A DNA stretch of 64,000 nucleotides from a virus (taxonomy: Duplodnaviria > Caudoviricetes). The stretch spans positions 44,493 through 108,492 of IMG/VR virus record IMGVR_UViG_3300031908_000001; one strand, written 5' to 3'. Positions within the stretch are counted from its first letter, which is position 1. The number at the start of each line of letters is the position of its first letter. Under the pieces are notes generated by a model, which was given only the letters and a program-made list of their open reading frames with translations, searched no databases and was not told the origin of the DNA. Of the stretch, positions 1 through 9,415 are shown one piece after another. Position numbers and translations under genes: made by a program.

Positions 1-69
1 TATTTTGCCGAATTCTCCATAAGAAACGATCTGAGGTGCTTTCGGCCTTTCTATTAATTTAATAACCAT
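1..69 (-). CDS. 5' end of a hypothetical virion-module protein (runs off the window)
   Basis: ATG at 69 opens a frame MVIKLIERPKAPQIVSYGEFGKI to the window edge, downstream of the capsid-gene terminator. Confidence 0.55.
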   Translation of the reverse strand, partial: MVIKLIERPKAPQIVSYGEFGKI

Positions 70-124
70 TTTAGATTTTTGTTTAAATATTTGTAATAAA
101 GATACTCTTTTTTTTCGTAAAATA

Positions 125-154
125 AAAATAGGTAAGATTTCTCCTACCTATTTT
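125..154 (-). terminator. Rho-independent terminator after the major capsid gene
   Basis: Inverted repeat AAAATAGGTA...TACCTATTTT followed by a T-rich tract on the minus strand. Confidence 0.7.
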
Positions 155-177
155 AGTTACTTAATGTTTACTAGTAA

Positions 178-1653
178 TTATCGTGCAATATTCTTGATAA
201 CGGTAATTTTTCTTAGCGCAAAGCAAGTCAAATTAAGATAAGCAAGAACCATAAATCTATCAGATTGGGCAAGACGTGGCAAATCTAATTTGAACATTGG
301 GGCAAGTTGCTTAATTGTCCATACATCCATATCATTTTGGATCATAAACGCCTTTCTTGTTCCGGCAATGGTTCTGTTTTTATCAATTATGTGATTTGCT
401 GCTCCCCCATCATAACCAGCAACCTTTGCAGCCTTGCTGATAGAGATGATAGGATAAAGTGGTACAGCAGTTCCAAAAGTTGCTCCTTTTTCACTTCTAT
501 AGATCTTGTAACCTGTAGTTGTAGCATCTCCATCTGTAAATGTAATATCTGTTCCATCTCCGGCGGCTACAGCTATTACTGCACCACCTCCAAGATCAAG
601 TAAAGCAGATTCTCCATTTGGACCAACGGCGGCTACTGCGTAGATATAATTTCCAGCATCTCCAGCACCAAATAATGATCCAGTTGTTGCTGGAGTTGTT
701 ACAGTTGGTGCAGATGGTGTTGCAGGGCCAGTTCCTATTTGAGCTGAAGCAAGTGTTCTTGCCGCTCTCGAAGTATCCAAGAATACATCTTGAATCATTT
801 TAACTGATCCACCGGAAGTGTTAACTTCTGAAGGTACGGTTCCTACGGTTCCGGCAAACCCGCCTTGACCATTGGTCATTGGAAATCTTTGATTTGCAAA
901 ATGCGTAATACCAAAGTCGGCCTTAGTTTTTGGATCTAAGAAGATTGTGTCTCCAAAACCAAAGTTGTTTATAATTCCTTGAGAAGCTGTCTCAAAATGA
1001 GCTTGCGTTAAAACTGCACCTCTTAAATCAAGAACGCTATCTGAAGCCGCCTCTATATCAAGAGAACCAAATTGTCTCTGATGTTGGGCATATATACCGT
1101 TAAATTCTTTTGTTGCAACTTCTGAATCTGCAAAAGCAAGAGCTCTATTTACCTTATGTAATAGGTAAATCATCTTGTTTCTTATTTCAGTCTGATAAAG
1201 ATTACCAACGTTGTTCTTAACCATTTGAGCAGCTAGAGAAACTTCTCCTTGAACCCCCATGAATTTGATCAACTCCATTCCTCTTGTATACACAGAGTCG
1301 GCAACGGCTGGCAATTCTGTTTCGCTTATGAAACCTCCACCATCTGCACCATATGAAAGCAATTGATTGTACTCTTCAACCGTGTTATAAGCAGCCATTT
1401 TAGGCACCCATTTGTACAGCTCAAGTTGACCTTCTTTAAAAGTTAAAGTCTTAAGGTTTGCATCCAAACTCTCAAGTTTTAACGATTGAGAACCAACATT
1501 TGTTAGTCCAGTTGTCTCTCTACCAGTTATAGTTCCGGCGGTTAGAGCTTTATTAAGATTATCTAATTGGTCGGCAGAGGATGAGCCCTCTAATAGACCA
1601 TCTGCTCCAGCGCCCTGATAATCTGACATTGAAATTCCTAGATTTGGAGTCAT
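178..1653 (-). CDS. major capsid protein (SPO1/Herelleviridae-like HK97 fold with Ig/FN3-like insertion)
   Basis: 491 aa; LKLESLDANLKTLTF and EEYNQLLSYG motifs typical of SPO1/Twort-like capsids; LNK/A putative maturation site; follows the protease gene. Confidence 0.9.
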   Translation of the reverse strand: MTPNLGISMSDYQGAGADGLLEGSSSADQLDNLNKALTAGTITGRETTGLTNVGSQSLKLESLDANLKTLTFKEGQLELYKWVPKMAAYNTVEEYNQLLSYGADGGGFISETELPAVADSVYTRGMELIKFMGVQGEVSLAAQMVKNNVGNLYQTEIRNKMIYLLHKVNRALAFADSEVATKEFNGIYAQHQRQFGSLDIEAASDSVLDLRGAVLTQAHFETASQGIINNFGFGDTIFLDPKTKADFGITHFANQRFPMTNGQGGFAGTVGTVPSEVNTSGGSVKMIQDVFLDTSRAARTLASAQIGTGPATPSAPTVTTPATTGSLFGAGDAGNYIYAVAAVGPNGESALLDLGGGAVIAVAAGDGTDITFTDGDATTTGYKIYRSEKGATFGTAVPLYPIISISKAAKVAGYDGGAANHIIDKNRTIAGTRKAFMIQNDMDVWTIKQLAPMFKLDLPRLAQSDRFMVLAYLNLTCFALRKITVIKNIAR

Positions 1654-1682
1654 TTGTTATAATTATTATTTTAGTTATTTAC

Positions 1683-3371
1683 TTATTTAGTTATTAAAAT
1701 ATTTTCTTGTTTCAATTTTAAAATTGCTTCTGGAGATAAACCAAGTGTTCCTGGTGTTACTTCATAAGTTGCAGCCTCTTTTGCCCAAAAATCATTTTCT
1801 GAATTTGAATGACCCTTTTGAATTGCATCATAATTAACTTTGCCTGTAATTATGTTCATCAACTCTCTTTTGTTGCCAACAATTGACAAAGTTCTTACAT
1901 TAGAAGGTGTTTCATTGTTAAATGATTTCTCAATGTAATTTGCTCCAGTAATTGCTTTTCTAACTGGCTCTTTTTCATATTCTTCCATTCTACCTGAAAC
2001 TTCAGAAAGCTGTTTTGTCACCTCTGAAAGAGATTTTGACAAATCATTATTTACACCTTCAAATTTTTCAATAATGGTTTTAGTAATTATTCCAAATGAT
2101 TTAATAAGATCATCGGTTTTTTTATTGCTTTCTTCTGTAAGACTTTTAAATAAATCAGCTGCCTCAGATTTAGAAATCACTTCTACTGCTGGAGGGGCGG
2201 GTGTGGCTGGTTCAGTGGCGCCATCTTCTGATTTTTTTACATCGTCAGTTTTAGGAGCATCATCTTTATCCTCATCTTCCTCACCATCTTTTTTCTTCTT
2301 TTTATCTTTATCCTTCTTGTCCGAATCCTTGTCTCCTTCTTCTGCATTCTCTGATTTTACTACATCCTCATCTTTTTTAGGATCTGCATCAGATGCAGGC
2401 TTTTCACCTTTTGAAAAAACTTCTTCATAGTTTAATCCAATCATATCAAAAGCTTTGATAATTGATTCATTGGAAACTATGTCAGTATTATTATTATCCA
2501 TCTTATCTTCTTTTTGTTTTTCGATTGCCTCAATCAAGACAACAATTTTTTCAGATTTATTTATATCGTAAATATAATTAAAAATTTTATCAAAAATAAA
2601 ACTTTTACTAAACTTTTTTGAAAAGTTTTTATTTTTATCCTTCTTTTTTTTCAAATGTTGTAATTTGCTGGCTCCCTCTAATGATTCTTTCATTACTGGA
2701 TTTGTTTCAATTGCTACACCGGAAGTATCTGAAGTGGTTGTAATTGCCTTAATTATATTAAGCTCTTTATCTACAACAATCCTCTCTCCACTTACCTCTA
2801 AATCCAATATTGCTTCTACATCTCCGCCATTAATAAATGACTTAATAATATCTGGAGAGGTGGATTTGAGCAAAGTCATTTTTGTTCCTGGATTCTTTCC
2901 AATTAGACATATTGCGCAATGATGAATATCTGCTTCCTCTATGTGCTTATAACCAGAATCTTTTTTATCAGTTGATTTTCTCTTCGTTGCTTTTCCCTCA
3001 ATTGAAAAATGAAGAGATCTTCCAGAATTAGATTTTTCTAAAATTTCCTGTAATTGATACACCTTATCTGCTAAAGGGGAGTCATACAATTCCCCCTCTA
3101 CATAAAGTATATTGTCCTTTACTTCTGCTTTTGTTGGATATCCTATTGCAGCTAATAGTGGGTCTCCAGACATATGGGCCCAATTGAAGAAACCTTCTTG
3201 TAAAAAAATTGATAAATCAAATCCATTTGGTTCAAGTATCTCATCATCGGCATCTTTCGTGTCTGTCGATGCTACTCCTCCAAACTTACGAACCTTCTTG
3301 CCGGAACTATCCTGTTTCGCCTTTGAGAAAGTTACAGGAACAAACAAATTAAAATTATCTTCTGTATTCAA
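1683..3371 (-). CDS. prohead protease fused to an acidic scaffold region
   Basis: GVASTDTKDADDE, FNWAH, FSIEG and HCAIC..GKNP motifs of HK97/SPO1-type prohead proteases; charged low-complexity C-terminal half. Confidence 0.85.
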   Translation of the reverse strand: MNTEDNFNLFVPVTFSKAKQDSSGKKVRKFGGVASTDTKDADDEILEPNGFDLSIFLQEGFFNWAHMSGDPLLAAIGYPTKAEVKDNILYVEGELYDSPLADKVYQLQEILEKSNSGRSLHFSIEGKATKRKSTDKKDSGYKHIEEADIHHCAICLIGKNPGTKMTLLKSTSPDIIKSFINGGDVEAILDLEVSGERIVVDKELNIIKAITTTSDTSGVAIETNPVMKESLEGASKLQHLKKKKDKNKNFSKKFSKSFIFDKIFNYIYDINKSEKIVVLIEAIEKQKEDKMDNNNTDIVSNESIIKAFDMIGLNYEEVFSKGEKPASDADPKKDEDVVKSENAEEGDKDSDKKDKDKKKKKDGEEDEDKDDAPKTDDVKKSEDGATEPATPAPPAVEVISKSEAADLFKSLTEESNKKTDDLIKSFGIITKTIIEKFEGVNNDLSKSLSEVTKQLSEVSGRMEEYEKEPVRKAITGANYIEKSFNNETPSNVRTLSIVGNKRELMNIITGKVNYDAIQKGHSNSENDFWAKEAATYEVTPGTLGLSPEAILKLKQENILITK

Positions 3372-3471
3372 TTAAATCATAAACCTACTTTATTTACGAT
3401 CTTTTTATTTATTAAGCTCATAAATTATAAACTTTTGATAAAAATAATGATTTAATTTCAAAAATAAAAAT

Positions 3472-4392
3472 TTATTCATCTTTTGTTATTGTAACTTTTG
3501 GTTTTGGCAATCCTTCAACCTTCATTTTATATTTTTCATCATACAAATCAAATAATTGAGTTTCAGGATTCCACTTCATTCCCACTATAGCCCTGTGCCA
3601 AGTGCAACGACAATAAGGATGAGTAGATCCCATTACTGGCAACCATTCTGAAGATTTTCTGCCTATATTATCTCCATTGGCTTCAATTTCTTCTGTAGTA
3701 AATAAAATGGGCTCACTTCCGGCACCAGATGTTAAATATAATTTAATACAGTGCTTACATGCCTGGGCATATACCTGTCTATAAATTTTTGCTTCAGGGT
3801 CTTCTCTCTTGATTGCTGCAACTCTCCCCTCTTGGAATGCTGAATTACTTCTAAATTCCACTATCCTATCAAAATCACGTGAATAATCGCCTGTTCTATC
3901 CTGAATATCTGAAACTACTTGCCTTAATGATTTTCTTTCCTGAATTCCTCTTTGCTCTTCTTCAGTAATCGCCTCAATCATTCTCTGCTTTCTTTCTTCA
4001 GATAAAATTCTATCCCCTATTTGATTCCCGATTTTATCAGATAAACCCTTAATATCATTTACAGTTTGTTTTTTAATTGCTTCCAGAATATCATTTTCTT
4101 GTTTATTTAAAGGAATAAACCGGCCCGACTTCAGATATTTTTTAAAATCTTCATAAGTAATTTTATTTCCCTGAGTCTGATTTAATGCTTCTGAAAGAAT
4201 TCCGAATTTAAATGATACGCCAAGTGTATCAATATTCTCAATTTTAGAAAGGTCTATTCCGAATTTCTCTAATAACTTTTTATCATCCTTTGTTAAAAAA
4301 GATTCGCCGACATGATTTACAATAAAAGTAAGATGATAATGTCTAATTATATCCAGTATCTCTTGTAACTGAGATGGGGATAATTTTAACAT
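3472..4392 (-). CDS. head morphogenesis protein (MuF / SPP1 gp7-like)
   Basis: ACKHC and THPYCRC motifs; located between portal and protease. Confidence 0.8.
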   Translation of the reverse strand: MLKLSPSQLQEILDIIRHYHLTFIVNHVGESFLTKDDKKLLEKFGIDLSKIENIDTLGVSFKFGILSEALNQTQGNKITYEDFKKYLKSGRFIPLNKQENDILEAIKKQTVNDIKGLSDKIGNQIGDRILSEERKQRMIEAITEEEQRGIQERKSLRQVVSDIQDRTGDYSRDFDRIVEFRSNSAFQEGRVAAIKREDPEAKIYRQVYAQACKHCIKLYLTSGAGSEPILFTTEEIEANGDNIGRKSSEWLPVMGSTHPYCRCTWHRAIVGMKWNPETQLFDLYDEKYKMKVEGLPKPKVTITKDE

Positions 4393-4574
4393 TGTGCAGT
4401 ATGGTTAAAATGAATTATTTGTCTGACAAATGTATGATTACATGCCCCATGTGTATGATATCTATTATTATTTAATTTGGCTTCAAGATCCAATATATGT
4501 TCTGTTTGAACATCAATAAGCTCTAATAAATCATCTATATATTTGTTTAATTGCGCTTTTTTAGGTTTTTTCAT
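4386..4574 (-). CDS. hypothetical protein
   Basis: 62 aa, overlaps both neighbours. Confidence 0.5.
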   Translation of the reverse strand: MKKPKKAQLNKYIDDLLELIDVQTEHILDLEAKLNNNRYHTHGACNHTFVRQIIHFNHTAQC

Positions 4575-5158
4575 AGTTCTAATGGTAAAATGTCCTCATT
4601 ATTAATTAACATAATTTTGTGAAGATTCTCATTTAAATCTAGCAAAAGATTCATATCCATCCAGGTATGCTTTCCGGCCCACATATAATTCTGATGTTCA
4701 GTATAATTTAAAATTATAGTTTCTGGATCTGAAATCGTTGCCCAAAAATATTTTATGTTTGCTTTATTTGAATCCTTCTCTGCTACAAACAAAGCATCAT
4801 TTATCACTAACCCCGTTTCTTCTTGTAATTCCCTTATTGCAGCATCTTTTGCTTCTTCTCCTTTGTCAACATGGCCCCCTGGAAGTCCCCATGCATTTGG
4901 AGCAAAACCATTCATTAAACTTCTTTTCAATAAAAGAACCTGATTGCTAGAATTGCAAAGTATGATATCTGCATAAAATTCTTTTTTCTTTGATTTTGGA
5001 GCCTGTTTTGCAAATGATTGATTTATCATTTTATCAAGTGGCTGTGGATTTTTGGCCATCTTCATCTGATCAGTGTCAGTGACGACATCAAGTATTGAAA
5101 TCTCTATATGAGATCTATTTGCAATAATTGCTTTTTTTATGTATCCACCTATATCCAT
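4571..5158 (-). CDS. NUDIX hydrolase
   Basis: Intact Nudix box WGLPGGHVDKGEEAKDAAIRELQEETGL. Confidence 0.92.
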   Translation of the reverse strand: MDIGGYIKKAIIANRSHIEISILDVVTDTDQMKMAKNPQPLDKMINQSFAKQAPKSKKKEFYADIILCNSSNQVLLLKRSLMNGFAPNAWGLPGGHVDKGEEAKDAAIRELQEETGLVINDALFVAEKDSNKANIKYFWATISDPETIILNYTEHQNYMWAGKHTWMDMNLLLDLNENLHKIMLINNEDILPLEL

Positions 5159-5385
5159 TACTTTGAAAATTCTATTATTTTAGATAAGATATCTTTTGTC
5201 ATATTTGCCACTGATTTTTGATAATTCTTCTTCATCTCATTCTCATACTGAATTATCATTTTAAATCTAGGGGGGTCCTTATACTCTGAAACTTTTTTTT
5301 TAAGTTTCATTGGCTTTGCCTTAATAATCCAGCCCTTCTTTGGATCAATTTCGGCGCTATAAAAATCATTATCTATTATACACAT
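5158..5385 (-). CDS. hypothetical protein between ART and NUDIX genes
   Basis: 75 aa, TAATG-coupled at both ends. Confidence 0.65.
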   Translation of the reverse strand: MCIIDNDFYSAEIDPKKGWIIKAKPMKLKKKVSEYKDPPRFKMIIQYENEMKKNYQKSVANMTKDILSKIIEFSK

Positions 5386-6347
5386 TACACTTCTTTCTTC
5401 TTTTTAGATTTAGTAGCTTTCTTTTTCTCTGGTGTAGGGTCTTTGGTTACAAATTTACTCAAATCCAGATCCCTTGGCAATAATAACTCTTTTTCTCCGC
5501 CTCCAAGATATGCATAATTTGTTCCAGCCGGTATTGTTAATTTATATATTTTTCCACCATCTGATTTAAACTGATAAGAAGCGTATGGATCTATAGATGT
5601 AGACTGAAAGGCTTTATCTTCCTTTAAACCCTCAGTACCAGATAAGCTTCTATAAACTACAAGATCTTCTTTTAATTTATGCTTCTTAATAGCTGAATCA
5701 ATCTGATCAATTGTTTCTTGATCTTTCTTGCTTATTTTTACATTTTCTGGATCCCGCAGGAATCCATTTATTTTTTTATAATTTATAGAAACATAATCAT
5801 CTAAAGCATCTATCTCTTCATCAGTAAAATTTTGCTCTAAATTAGACTCTATGTCCCTAGTATCAGATTGAGCGGCATCTATTAATTTACCCTGCTTTAC
5901 TCTATCCATTTTCTTGAATTTTCCTGACTGAAGTGCATCAAATAATTTGCCATGCGCTATTGCATGAGTGTCATTTCCCTCTCCCCTCTTATCCAATTCA
6001 GCCTGGGCAATATTTTTAAGTTCTTTATCTTCTCCATTTTTCACATAATGTTCAAGATCATTTGTTGATGCATCTTTTGCATGCTCTTCGGACTCCTTTG
6101 CTTTAGAATCTTTTTTTTCTTCTTCCGGCTCTTGACTATTGGTAGAAGCTTCTTTCTTTTCATCTTCGCCAATTTTTACATAGACTGTCCTTTTTTGTCC
6201 ATTCTTGTCTGTAATTTCCTTTTTTTGTAATTCCGATATATTTTTTTTAGCCTTCTCCAAAGCATCAATGTCAATAGCCCCACTATCATAAGCCTTAGCT
6301 ATATTGGTTATAGATTCTATAAGATTTTCTTCTGTTATTTCAATCAT
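5385..6347 (-). CDS. ADP-ribosyltransferase (VIP2/ExoS/T4 Alt-like, R-S-E class) with N-terminal extension
   Basis: YKKINGFLR, VYR, FQSTS and EKELLLPR (R-S-ExE catalytic signature). Confidence 0.88.
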   Translation of the reverse strand: MIEITEENLIESITNIAKAYDSGAIDIDALEKAKKNISELQKKEITDKNGQKRTVYVKIGEDEKKEASTNSQEPEEEKKDSKAKESEEHAKDASTNDLEHYVKNGEDKELKNIAQAELDKRGEGNDTHAIAHGKLFDALQSGKFKKMDRVKQGKLIDAAQSDTRDIESNLEQNFTDEEIDALDDYVSINYKKINGFLRDPENVKISKKDQETIDQIDSAIKKHKLKEDLVVYRSLSGTEGLKEDKAFQSTSIDPYASYQFKSDGGKIYKLTIPAGTNYAYLGGGEKELLLPRDLDLSKFVTKDPTPEKKKATKSKKKKEV

Positions 6348-6604
6348 TGCTTTATTGTTAGTGACTCTAAAAAATACGCCAATTCAGTCTCTCCCTCTAT
6401 ATCTATTACTCTCTCGCCACCGATTAAATAATTTAATTGCAGATATATGTTTTTTGATTCATATTCTTCTTCAATTATTTTATAAAGTGCATATTGCATA
6501 TCAAGAAGCTCATCTATAAAAAATAGATAATCTTCATCATGCAAACAAGACTTAATAAACAGTGTCTCATTTTTAATAATGCACTTTATAAAATAATATT
6601 CCAT
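6344..6604 (-). CDS. hypothetical acidic protein
   Basis: 86 aa, ATGA overlap with the ART start. Confidence 0.6.
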   Translation of the reverse strand: MEYYFIKCIIKNETLFIKSCLHDEDYLFFIDELLDMQYALYKIIEEEYESKNIYLQLNYLIGGERVIDIEGETELAYFLESLTIKQ

Positions 6605-6609
6605 TTTAG

Positions 6610-6900
6610 TTACTTAATAATATTGTCATTTTCTCCTAAATTCACTTTATTTGAGGTAGTCATCTGAGCACCAACAATTCCAAGAGCTCCACCAATTACT
6701 CCTATTCCAGAGCACCATTGACCAATTTGAATTAATATTTCTGGCAGAAATCCAGGAGCATTTGTTTCTGCCGTATAAATTCCCAATCCCAAAACTATTG
6801 AAATTGCCACAACTTTCTTTAAAGCTTTTTGAATAGCTTTAGCTATTTTGGGGGTTTCGCTTTTCCATCTTTGAATTACTAGCTGTATTACTTTTTTCAT
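6610..6900 (-). CDS. putative holin-like membrane protein
   Basis: 96 aa; basic N-terminus RWKSETPK, two hydrophobic segments, AQMT end. Confidence 0.55.
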   Translation of the reverse strand: MKKVIQLVIQRWKSETPKIAKAIQKALKKVVAISIVLGLGIYTAETNAPGFLPEILIQIGQWCSGIGVIGGALGIVGAQMTTSNKVNLGENDNIIK

Positions 6901-6909
6901 TGTTTATTA

Positions 6910-7458
6910 TTAATTAAAATTTAACGCTATTAACTGGTTTACTGATAAAGTATATTTTTTACTGTCAACCAAATTTTGCATAATAATATTTGAGGCTGTA
7001 ATATCTTCCATAAGGCTTCTATAAGTGTAAGCCAATTCATTATACTTTTGGCAACAGATGTTTAATTCAGTTGCTTCATTATATTTTTCTGACATATTAT
7101 CCCAGGCGGGATTTGAAATCTCGTAACCATATCTTGCAATCTTTATTGCTGGATAACGGGAATATAATTCTTCCGAAGGATCTGATCCTATCTGAGATTT
7201 AAATACACCCATCTGTGCTTCAATAATTGTTTTTTGAGCTTCAAGAGCGGAAATAATAGCCGGCATTTTTTCTTTAATTTCTTTTCCACTCTTATCAAAA
7301 GTTATCGGTGTACCTCCATGATAACTAGTCAATAATATATCTGACATTTCTCCCTTCTGAATCATATCAGATGAATGAGATGGTGCAATGTATTTTGGCT
7401 GCACTTTAAAGTTACTTAATATCTTGCTTTGTTGCGCTTTTTCAAAATTTGGTATCAT
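6910..7458 (-). CDS. hypothetical head-associated protein
   Basis: 182 aa, coupled to the portal gene; FEKA, IQKG and FDKS motifs. Confidence 0.65.
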   Translation of the reverse strand: MIPNFEKAQQSKILSNFKVQPKYIAPSHSSDMIQKGEMSDILLTSYHGGTPITFDKSGKEIKEKMPAIISALEAQKTIIEAQMGVFKSQIGSDPSEELYSRYPAIKIARYGYEISNPAWDNMSEKYNEATELNICCQKYNELAYTYRSLMEDITASNIIMQNLVDSKKYTLSVNQLIALNFN

Positions 7459-9044
7459 TATTTACTTTTGTTTAAATCGGTTATAAAACTATTAAAATCA
7501 TCCATTAATGGATTTTTACTTTTTGTAAAAGGATTTTTATCTTGATCCATCTGATCTACTGCATCATTACTTTCTTCTCCTCCCATTGCTTGCATTGATT
7601 TGCCCTGCATAAATACTGGATTGCCTATTATATCTCCACCCTCTATAGATGGAAGATCTCTTCTTGCTCTTACTTCATTAAAGGTCTCATAATTCTGGAT
7701 GGCTTTAATGTCCATGTCCTGTTCTTTTTCTGGAGAGTCGATATCCATGCCCACAAACACCAATTCAAATTCTGGATTTAATTCTGAAACAACGTATTTA
7801 TTTAATTTATTCTGGATAAATTTTAATAATGGCTTTAATCCTTTGTCTTTAGAATACTTTAATTTTTCTGAATTTCCCGTGCTTCCACCAAATGCAGAAG
7901 TCTCACTAGCTCCGGCCATAGGGAAACCAATTTCACTTGGATCAATTTTAAATATAGCGCAAGCCAGCTTTATCAGATATTCCTGATACTTAGCATACTC
8001 CATTTCTCTATTTGTCTTCTGAAGATCTACATACTCCATGCCCTCTCCATTTAACACAGGGGTCTTGTGAGCATTTTCTGCACCCATCATGCTTGCTATC
8101 CATTGCGTTCTAAAAGCCTCTATTTGAGATTGTGGAATACTTCCGGCCCCACCCTTTAACATTATAATACCCTTTGGTATGCTGGAATGAGTGAAGATAT
8201 TTCTATTATATTGATCGGCGTACAGCATTGATGTAACAACCTGAATTAGATCTTCTAATTCAGAGTTTCCATAGCCATTGCTATAAATATTTGTGGATGG
8301 GTTGCGTAATCCAAAGCACAGTTCCCAGGGATAAAATTCTTGTATTACCCTTGACTGATATAATTGAACATATGCTGTCAGGTGGCCATTCTTCTTTATC
8401 TTTGTTAAATTCTCATCCCTGTGATCAGCAAATCTAAATGTGGCTCCATCCGTTGCGTTTATTTGAACTAATTCACCTCTCCTGGTTCTTACGTTTTCAA
8501 ACGTCATTTGATCCAGAATCAAAGAATCATCCGTAATCTTTCTGAGGAAAGATGAAAAATCATCACCTGTCCACTTATTATCAAGATTTCCACAATTAAG
8601 CATGAAATCTGTAATTCTTGTTATTTCTCTTTTATCTGCTCTTGATGGTTTATAGCCTTTTTCAGTTCCCTTCTTACGTATCAAAAATCCAGTAGAGTAT
8701 TTATCTGCTGGAACATCGGAGAATGCTCCTACCTGTTCTATTCTAGTCTCTATGATTGATTTAATAATTGGAGCTTTGGCCATTCTTCTTAGTGTAGTAT
8801 AACCTAAGTCTATTGGCTTATCCTTATATCCCATGTGAGTATAAAACATGGGATCAAAAAAGTATGATTTAGGATCCTGTCCTTGTGTCGGTGCAACTTT
8901 TATTTCTCCCATAGTCTGAACAGCTTTTACAAGCTCTTCTGGATCTTTGGATGATAGTCCCTCATTAATTAAAATAAACTTAGCTGCTTGCGCTTCTTTC
9001 TCCTGCTTTGTTAATTCACTTAATTTTTGATCAAAGTTTGACAC
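7458..9044 (-). CDS. portal protein
   Basis: 528 aa; IIETRIEQV, DSLILDQ, GYGNSELE, IDPSEIGF and TFNEVRARRDLP motifs of SPO1/HK97-type portals. Confidence 0.92.
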   Translation of the reverse strand: MSNFDQKLSELTKQEKEAQAAKFILINEGLSSKDPEELVKAVQTMGEIKVAPTQGQDPKSYFFDPMFYTHMGYKDKPIDLGYTTLRRMAKAPIIKSIIETRIEQVGAFSDVPADKYSTGFLIRKKGTEKGYKPSRADKREITRITDFMLNCGNLDNKWTGDDFSSFLRKITDDSLILDQMTFENVRTRRGELVQINATDGATFRFADHRDENLTKIKKNGHLTAYVQLYQSRVIQEFYPWELCFGLRNPSTNIYSNGYGNSELEDLIQVVTSMLYADQYNRNIFTHSSIPKGIIMLKGGAGSIPQSQIEAFRTQWIASMMGAENAHKTPVLNGEGMEYVDLQKTNREMEYAKYQEYLIKLACAIFKIDPSEIGFPMAGASETSAFGGSTGNSEKLKYSKDKGLKPLLKFIQNKLNKYVVSELNPEFELVFVGMDIDSPEKEQDMDIKAIQNYETFNEVRARRDLPSIEGGDIIGNPVFMQGKSMQAMGGEESNDAVDQMDQDKNPFTKSKNPLMDDFNSFITDLNKSK

Positions 9045-9157
9045 TTATACATAATAATCCTATTTACGATCTTTAAAAGATAAAAATAACCAAAATTTTG
9101 CAATTATAAAACCTTTTATAGATTTATAAATTATGAATCATTAAGTAACTTAATAAT

Positions 9158-9370
9158 CTATTGACACATAAGTAAATTAAATTTAAACTTGCTTAAATCA
9201 TTTCTGAGATCAATTCTTAACTTAAGAAATGGACAAAATTTACTGGTACTATTAAATTCGGTTAAGCAATTTAAAGCCTTTTCAGTGTATTTAATCTTTA
9301 CTTCTAATACCTCTTTTCTGACTTGAGTTTCTAAATTTTTCATAACTTTTAGTTGTTTTGTTATATACAA
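9158..9370 (-). CDS. hypothetical protein (start probably ATG at 9343)
   Basis: Short ORF with a promoter-like/operator region upstream. Confidence 0.45.
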   Translation of the reverse strand: MYITKQLKVMKNLETQVRKEVLEVKIKYTEKALNCLTEFNSTSKFCPFLKLRIDLRNDLSKFKFNLLMCQ

Positions 9371-9415
9371 ATATGATAAAAGTTTTTATCACTTAAAAAT
9401 GAATGTAATAAACAA

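Noticed and set aside
480-740. Ig/FN3-like insertion in the major capsid protein
   Set aside because: Comparable insertions are a normal feature of SPO1/Twort-like capsid proteins; not novel.
2200-2660. Lys/Asp/Glu low-complexity tracts (also in the SSB C-terminus, 60500-60900)
   Set aside because: Ordinary charged linkers of scaffold and SSB proteins, not DNA-level repeats.
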